Of a stretch of 64,000 nucleotides of DNA, positions 38,851 through 64,000 are shown one piece after another; position 1 is the first letter of the stretch, and each line of letters opens with the position of its first letter. The notes under the pieces were generated by a model, which did no database searches, was not told the DNA's origin, and saw nothing but the letters and a program-made list of their open reading frames with translations. A program made the position numbers and the translations under genes. The stretch comes from Negaprion brevirostris (Eukaryota). Where the stretch lies: assembly GCA_030324005.1 (NCBI GenBank), contig JARDVH010000150.1:25414147-25478146 (forward strand), given 5' to 3'.

Positions 38851-39880
38851 GTAGAAGTGTGAATTTCATCTAACAGCAAATTCAGGATTGAGATCTCTGC
38901 ATTGACAGCTGCCGGGGTGCATAACCCATGGTTGGTGCTGTACTTCTACTTCACTAGACATCACAGGCAAGAGTAAATGATTTATAACCAATGTAGAGTC
39001 CCTATGTTCTCCAAAGAGGGTGCCTTATCATTCTCAAGAGTAGACTGTGATGACTGAGCCCTTGCTGCAAGAGGTTATCATCAAAGAACGTCATCACTGA
39101 CACACATCCTCATTTCATTCATCTGATTGCAATCTGAAATCAGCCAGATTTATCAGTAACAGACACTATATTCTGCACCCTCTCCTATCCATCTCCCCCC
39201 TATATACTTTATGAACAATGTTTTGTCTATGTAGCACGCAAGAAACAATACTTTTCATATATCCCAATTCATGTGACAATAATAAATCAAACCAAATAGT
39301 TATCCTGACTACATTTCCTCCCGGTCAGGCTATGCTTCCATTCACCCAGGTGCCCCCTTATATCCCTCTCCATATTTCCCTGCTTCTATATTTGCTTCAA
39401 ACCTGCTGCAGCTCCAACCATTTCCACTTCTAACGCACGGTCGACCTGAAACGATCTCTCCACGATAAGTTACCTGACCTACTGAGGTTTTCCATCTTAG
39501 CATTTGCGGTATTTGTTTTAAGCTCTCTTAACACCAACAAATACTCTAAACAAATTCCATTCTAATAACTACAATTATCTTCTCAGAGTGTGAGGGGGAA
39601 ATAAGGTTAGAAGGTGAGGGTGGAAACGATTGTGGGTTGAAGTGACGGAGGGGAGGGGAGATTTAAAGTATCTGGAATTCCAAGCCAGTTCCATTTCCTA
39701 CTTTAAGGAGCAACTCCCACTCTCTCAAAAACCTCGTCGCCCTTCGAGAACTCTCCGAAGGCCACGCCCCCCACACGTGCGGACAAGGCAACTTCCGGCG
39801 CGGCCGGAAGCAGTCTGACGCAAGTGGGTGGAGCTTCAGGCAGTTGGTTTGTCCGCTGTCGGTGCTCCGCTCCGCTCGCC

Positions 39881-58846
<18,966 letters not shown>

Positions 58847-59348
58847 TCATGAAATTTTCCTTTCCCCTTAATTCTATCAGATCTGTAAATGTCATACATA
58901 TCTAATAAGCAGCAGCCAAAATACATCAAATGTTCCCTATGTGCTTGGTCACACAGGAACTAAAAGGCCTCAATTTCTGCATATAAATTTAATGAATTTT
59001 GATGTGCTTAAACCATATATACATTTACACTTTGAATGTATACAATTTTTTGAACATCTGCCAAAAATATGGTGCCTCACTTTTTTAATTTTCTAGTGCT
59101 TTGTGATACATTTGATATCAATATAAAACTAAATGTTTTTCTGCAGCTTGGTTCATGTGGTATTGTAGAATAATGGCTATTTGAGATGTATTTATAAAAT
59201 GTTAATATTAAATTCTTTTTCCATCCATTTTTTACCATCCCTATCCTGTTGAAGTTGCTTGTATTGGAGCGAGTCGGGGGAGGGTAGTCAGTGTTGTGGT
59301 GATTTGAGCTACTAACGATCTCATCTGGCAATTCAGGAGAGTCTGGCA

Positions 59349-59408
59349 TGAGTATTAAGTGTAAGAGTAAGAGTATTAAGAGTATTAAGTATTAAGAGTA
59401 TTAAGTAT
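59349..59408 (+). repeat. Short imperfect tandem repeat (AAGAGTATT)n in the R3HDM4 3' UTR
   Basis: gagtattaagtgtaagagtaagagtattaagagtattaagtattaagagtattaagtat. Confidence 0.75.
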
Positions 59409-59881
59409 GTCCAAGCCTCTCACCCAACATGTACTTCAAAAGGATTTTCCACTGGGGAGTAAGGAGCAGTAGCTACTTCTGTCCAGTTAAATTAAGATGG
59501 ACTAGTGCAGTAAACTGAAACTCTTGCGCATAGATAAGGAAATATACCATACAGTGCATTTCATCCACAAGACAGTGGATTGATGGAACATGTATTTTAA
59601 AATATTGTAAATTGCATTTGGTATGCATAACTGCAGGTACCATTAGGTATTGCAAAAAATACATTTAAAGTTGCAGCATTTTCTGCATGATTTTGTTTTA
59701 AGTTTTACTTATGGAATTACTTGAGTTGATTGGTTTTTGGTGTGGATATGGTCACTAAGGAGGAAAAGTACAAACTTGGATTACATTATATGGACAGTGT
59801 GGTATAGTGCTACTTTGGTATATTTATATGTGGTGTGAACTTAGTCACCAGGGATTGTGCTGTCTTTCTTGAAGTATGTTT

Positions 59882-59887
59882 AATAAA
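59882..59887 (+). terminator. Candidate polyadenylation signal (AATAAA) of R3HDM4
   Basis: AATAAA about 1 kb after the stop codon, followed by T-rich sequence; no transcript evidence. Confidence 0.5.
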
Positions 59888-61525
59888 AATTTGTCCAAAT
59901 GAAAAAGCTTTAATTGTATATTAGACTTTGACTTTAAAAACAAATCAAAGTGTCACAGAATTTCCCTGTTCTGTCCATTCACCATAAATATTTCAGTCAT
60001 TGTACTATGCCCTTAAACTGTTGCTACACCACTAGATCAGTGAGCAAATGCTTTACTTGAGTTACACAGACCAGGAAAATCTCAACTTCAATTTCCAGAT
60101 CTATATGGAGATCATTGCTGGATGTTGGAGCAGAGAGCAGCAATTAGCAGATTAGATTCAGTGACTTATCGAAATGCCCTACAACATCCCACAATCTGCA
60201 GTGAGATGATTGACCTGATTTCTTTTGGCCATCAATTTTCCTAAACAAACACTAATCTGCAGGGAAGTATTACATTTCTCTGTTGATGAAAACTCAGTTG
60301 CACCTGGATGTTATCCAAGTTCTGCTTCATTATTTTGTGGGAGAGGGCAAGCAAAAAGGGAAATTGATCCAAGTTATCTAGTGCTCACTACCTTGTTAAT
60401 CTAACAAAGCAATATATTAATAATTAATTTTGCCATCACATTACACTTCAAAAAGTTCCCATATATAGAGATTTTACCAGAAGGGAAGTTAAAGGAAAGT
60501 TAAAATCTAAATTTATTGATCATCGCAACTCACTTATCTTTTTAGAATGCTCTGTTCTTAAATTATTGCTTTCAAACCTAATTTGTTATATAAAACTTGA
60601 AGATTGAGATGAGAAGAAACTTTTCATTTCTTGATAGATGCACATCTTAAAAATACACTTGGATGTTGCTTAAACTAGCACACAGTCATTTCGAACTTGT
60701 ATCTTGCTGCAAGTCCAATTAGATGCCTGAAATGTTAGTGTGTGGGATTAATTTTAGTCACTCTTTTAGCCTGCTGATTAATGCAATGCAATTATTAACC
60801 ATTTGTTACAGGAACATGTTAAGTCATACACTTAAGAGTATTTAAATCCATGAGTCAGTAAATTCCCAGAGTGCAGTTAAGTCTCAATTTATTTGCAGAT
60901 TCAAGTACCTCTGATAATATATTCATATCTTGATTTTAAAACTGGGCACAGTTTTAGTTAACAATTTTAACCCTTTTTTTTCAAAGTTCATAACTTGTGG
61001 GGGGAGAAAACCACAACTCACAACTCTAACCATTAATGTATTTTTTTAGTTTAATTGGTCAGAAGGGTAACTCTAATCTGCCATCCCAAAGAAAATTAAG
61101 AAATCGTAGAAGTTGAAGTTTTTGTACACATTGCCACCACCAAGGAAACCATATTAAACACTTTTATATTTTACATTATATAAATATTTTAAAGACAGGA
61201 TTGGGGGAAAAGTTGAGTTAACCTTTTACAGCAGGAATACAAAATGAAACAGCCACAGTATAACTTTCTAACTATAAGTTTCATCAATATACAAAAAAGA
61301 CAAGACAATTCTAATTTTCGAAAGGGTCTTAAGTATGGATGCACACAAGTGAAAAGCTGCACCTGAATGACAGATGTAAATATCACAGATTTTAAGTTGC
61401 CTTTGGTGTTCTCAACAGACTTGTGTATTTAAATGAGTTTCAAAAAATCTCAAAGCTCATCACTATGGTCACACAGCACACTTTTTTTTATATACATGAT
61501 AAATATTTCTATTTGTTCTAAATAT

Positions 61526-61674
61526 TTACAAAGTAAAGCTTTCACCACATCCACATGTTCCTTTAATATTTGGATTATTGAAAACAAATTCACTGGAAAG
61601 TTTTGATTCAATAAAATCCATCTCTGTTCCTAGCAGAGTTAACTGTGCTTTCTGATCAATGAACACACGTACTC
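61526..61674 (-). CDS. ISCA1: ISCA1-like terminal coding exon
   Basis: Minus-strand tttcag acceptor; FNNPNIKGTCGCGESF signature; TAA stop. Confidence 0.93.
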
Positions 61675-63432
61675 CTGAAAAGAAAATAAAACAATGAGGG
61701 ATAAAAGTTTTTAAATATACATTAACTCAATTGTCAAAAGCTTAAGTTTGTTATCATACAGTGGGCAAATGCTCAAATCAAAACAGATCTTTAGGTCAGC
61801 CATGCCTCAGTTGACAGAATTCTCACTTCTGTAAACTTGAGGTCATCTAAAATTCTGCTGCCCATGCCCCGACTTGCATCAAGTCCTATCCATATCTTAC
61901 TCCTATGCTCACTGGCCTTCAGAGCCCCAGTTAAGCAACATTTTGATTTTCAGATTAGAAAATGAGAAATTTTTCATGACCTTGACCCTCATCACTAATT
62001 TCCTACTGTACCACAACCTTCCAAGATATCAATCCTCACCTAATGATGGCCTCGAGAAACTTAAATCTTAATTGCTTCATCACTAGGGCCATTCAACGTC
62101 ATCGATGGGCAACCTAGACTAGTGAGTGGGCTGCAAGATTAAAATCAGGCACTTTCACTAACCATGACCCCATGAATACGATTAAATACATTTAATAAAT
62201 GCTGATTTTTTTTTAACAAGTTCTAGAAAATGCTTAATCATATTACTGGAACTATCAACTTCAAATGGTAAAAACAAAAGAAATATTTACACTTTAGATA
62301 CAGAGGAGCATTGACACGGTTCTCACAGTCAAGGTTGTGTGCAAGCAGCATGCACCTCATTTCACTTGCCCTTGCTTTCCCTATGCCACTGATATGCATT
62401 GTAAAAAAAACTATGCAGACAGAAATCAGCTGAACTTGGCAAAGGCTACCCTTGGGCAACAGTCACAATACAGACAGTTTGCATATGGTCTCTGCACCAC
62501 ACATTATCTGCCACTGCTCTATGCCCTGGTATTCCTGCTCTGAACATCCCTGCAAGTGTACACCTTTCTTTGACACGTACCTTAAAAGCCCTTTTTCTGA
62601 TCAAGTTTCTGGCCATTTTCCCAAATTTTACATCATAGTACTTGTTATTGCTTTAAAAACCCCACTACAAGTTGTTGTTGAATCAAGTCCCTCTCCACAG
62701 ACTTGAACAAAAAAAATGCATCCTAGCATTCCAATGCATTACTGAGGGCAAGCTGCACTGTTGGTGGTGTCATCTTTTGAAAGAGACATTACACCAAAGT
62801 TCCATCACATGTAAAAGATTCCATGGCAGTATTTGGTAGAAGAGTTGGGAAATTATCTCCAGTCTCCTGACTAGTAGTTATCCCTCAATCACAATACTTA
62901 ACAAGACTATCTAGTTATCACATTACTGCTTGCAGGAACTTATATGGGAAAATCTGCATTGTATTTCCCACACAACAAATGACAGTATTTTGGGACATCC
63001 TGTATAAATACTTTTTGTTTTCATGTATTATTTTGGGTAACAATTCTACATTTATTGTACTGTGTTTGTAGACGAAACTGTCCCCATCCCAAACACACAT
63101 CAGTCAGCTCTTTGGCGCTCTCAAGTTAATTCATTACCATGAGCAAGGCCTGGCAGCAATCATTTGTCCCATACTGTTGGCCTGAGAATGAAGAACAAAT
63201 GAAGCTCCAAAGCCAACTTGTGTAAGGAAAATATCCTCCCAGTAAACTGGGGATTTTTAGTTTAAATTAAACATGGAATGCTTGACAACATTTCAGCACA
63301 AGTTAGTGATTGCCAACATTGCATACCATCCTGATTAACTTCTTCATCAAACTTCCCCTTCTCTGTTGCGTACTCTATCACATATGAGAGACCACTGCAA
63401 CCACGAGTGCGGACTCCCACTTTCAAACCAAC
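61526..63432 (-). CDS. ISCA1: Iron-sulfur cluster assembly 1 (ISCA1)-like protein, 3' part: complement(join(61526..61674,63327..63432)); upstream exons lie beyond the window or in the gap
   Basis: Translation VGLKVGVRTRGCSGLSYVIEYATEKGKFDEEVNQDG|VRVFIDQKAQLTLLGTEMDFIESKLSSEFVFNNPNIKGTCGCGESFTL* has all three A-type carrier cysteines. Exon sizes 106 and 149 nt with GT-AG sites match recalled ISCA1 structure. Orthologue versus paralogue is unresolved. Confidence 0.9.
62665..63015 (+). mobile_element. Deu-domain SINE (SacSINE1/AmnSINE1-related) in the last intron of the ISCA1-like gene
   Basis: TACTGAGGG..GCTGCACTGTTGGTGGTGTCATCTTT and GTAAAAGATTCCATGGCAGTATTTGGTAGAAGAG resemble the recalled Deu core. 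Confidence 0.7.
63327..63432 (-). CDS. ISCA1: ISCA1-like penultimate coding exon
   Basis: Minus-strand ttcag acceptor and gtatgc donor; VGLKVGVRTRGCSGLSY motif. Confidence 0.92.
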
Positions 63433-63925
63433 CTGAAGGAAAGAAAGGAAAATTCTCTAAACAATATCAATGCAGCTGCAATACATGCGTTTCGGAATAA
63501 CTCTTGAAACAAAACTGGAGGACACTCCCTTAAACAGCTCTTCCTTAACTGTACATATAGATCAATAGTGAACAAAGATTATGCACCTGGATTGTGTTGA
63601 TTCTCCCTGTAAGGACATAGTGAAGGGGCACAGATATGTACAGATTGGTAAGCACTATCTGGTCAGTCCCAAAATATTAAGCATCTTCTTCAACCTGCTT
63701 ACACCATCAGTTTCTATTGCTTCCATAGACAATCTATTCAACATTTCACTACGCTGTGTGTAGAGATGTTAAATCTGATTACCTTCCCTATCAAGTNNNN
63801 NNNNNNNNNNNNNNNNNNNNNNNNNNNNNNNNNNNNNNNNNNNNNNNNNNNNNNNNNNNNNNNNNNNNNNNNNNNNNNNNNNNNNNNNNNNNNNNNCAGC
63901 CCTTAGAACCCTGAAATATGAACAC

Positions 63926-64000
63926 GGGGTGGCACAGTTTCACAGTGGTTAGCACTGCTACTTCACAGTGCCAGGGACCTGGGTTTGATTCCCAGCTCGG
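63926..64000 (+). mobile_element. 5' head of a V-SINE (HE1-like), runs off the window
   Basis: CACAGTGGTTAGCACTGCTACTTCACAGTGCCAGGGACCTGGGTTTGATTCCC. Confidence 0.8.

Overview
Eukaryotic genomic DNA, AT-rich and repeat-dense, with several N-gaps. The repeat set (HE1/V-SINE-type SINEs, HER1/CR1-type LINE tails, Deu-domain SINEs, Rex/Babar, RTE, Harbinger, Gypsy) points to a cartilaginous fish, probably a shark; that is inference. Two spliced genes can be read. The first is a complete 8-exon R3HDM4 orthologue on + (CDS 39881-58846, 786 nt, 261 aa, all introns GT-AG, phases consistent) with a CpG-island promoter. The second is the last two coding exons of an ISCA1-like Fe-S assembly gene on - (63432-63327, 61674-61526), convergent with R3HDM4. 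The first ~39 kb holds no recognisable intact gene and is mostly nested, decayed transposons, plus a rearranged 18S rRNA pseudogene and a histone H2B pseudogene fragment. The best leads are: a divergent ISCA1-like gene in a non-canonical neighbourhood (possible retained 2R paralogue), a TSD-flanked RTE LINE with twin-priming geometry, a candidate 34-nt poison exon and a ~140-bp local inverted copy in R3HDM4 introns, and the permuted 18S fragment. I see no evidence for a wholly new multi-gene system. All family assignments come from recalled motifs, not database searches, and repeat boundaries are approximate.
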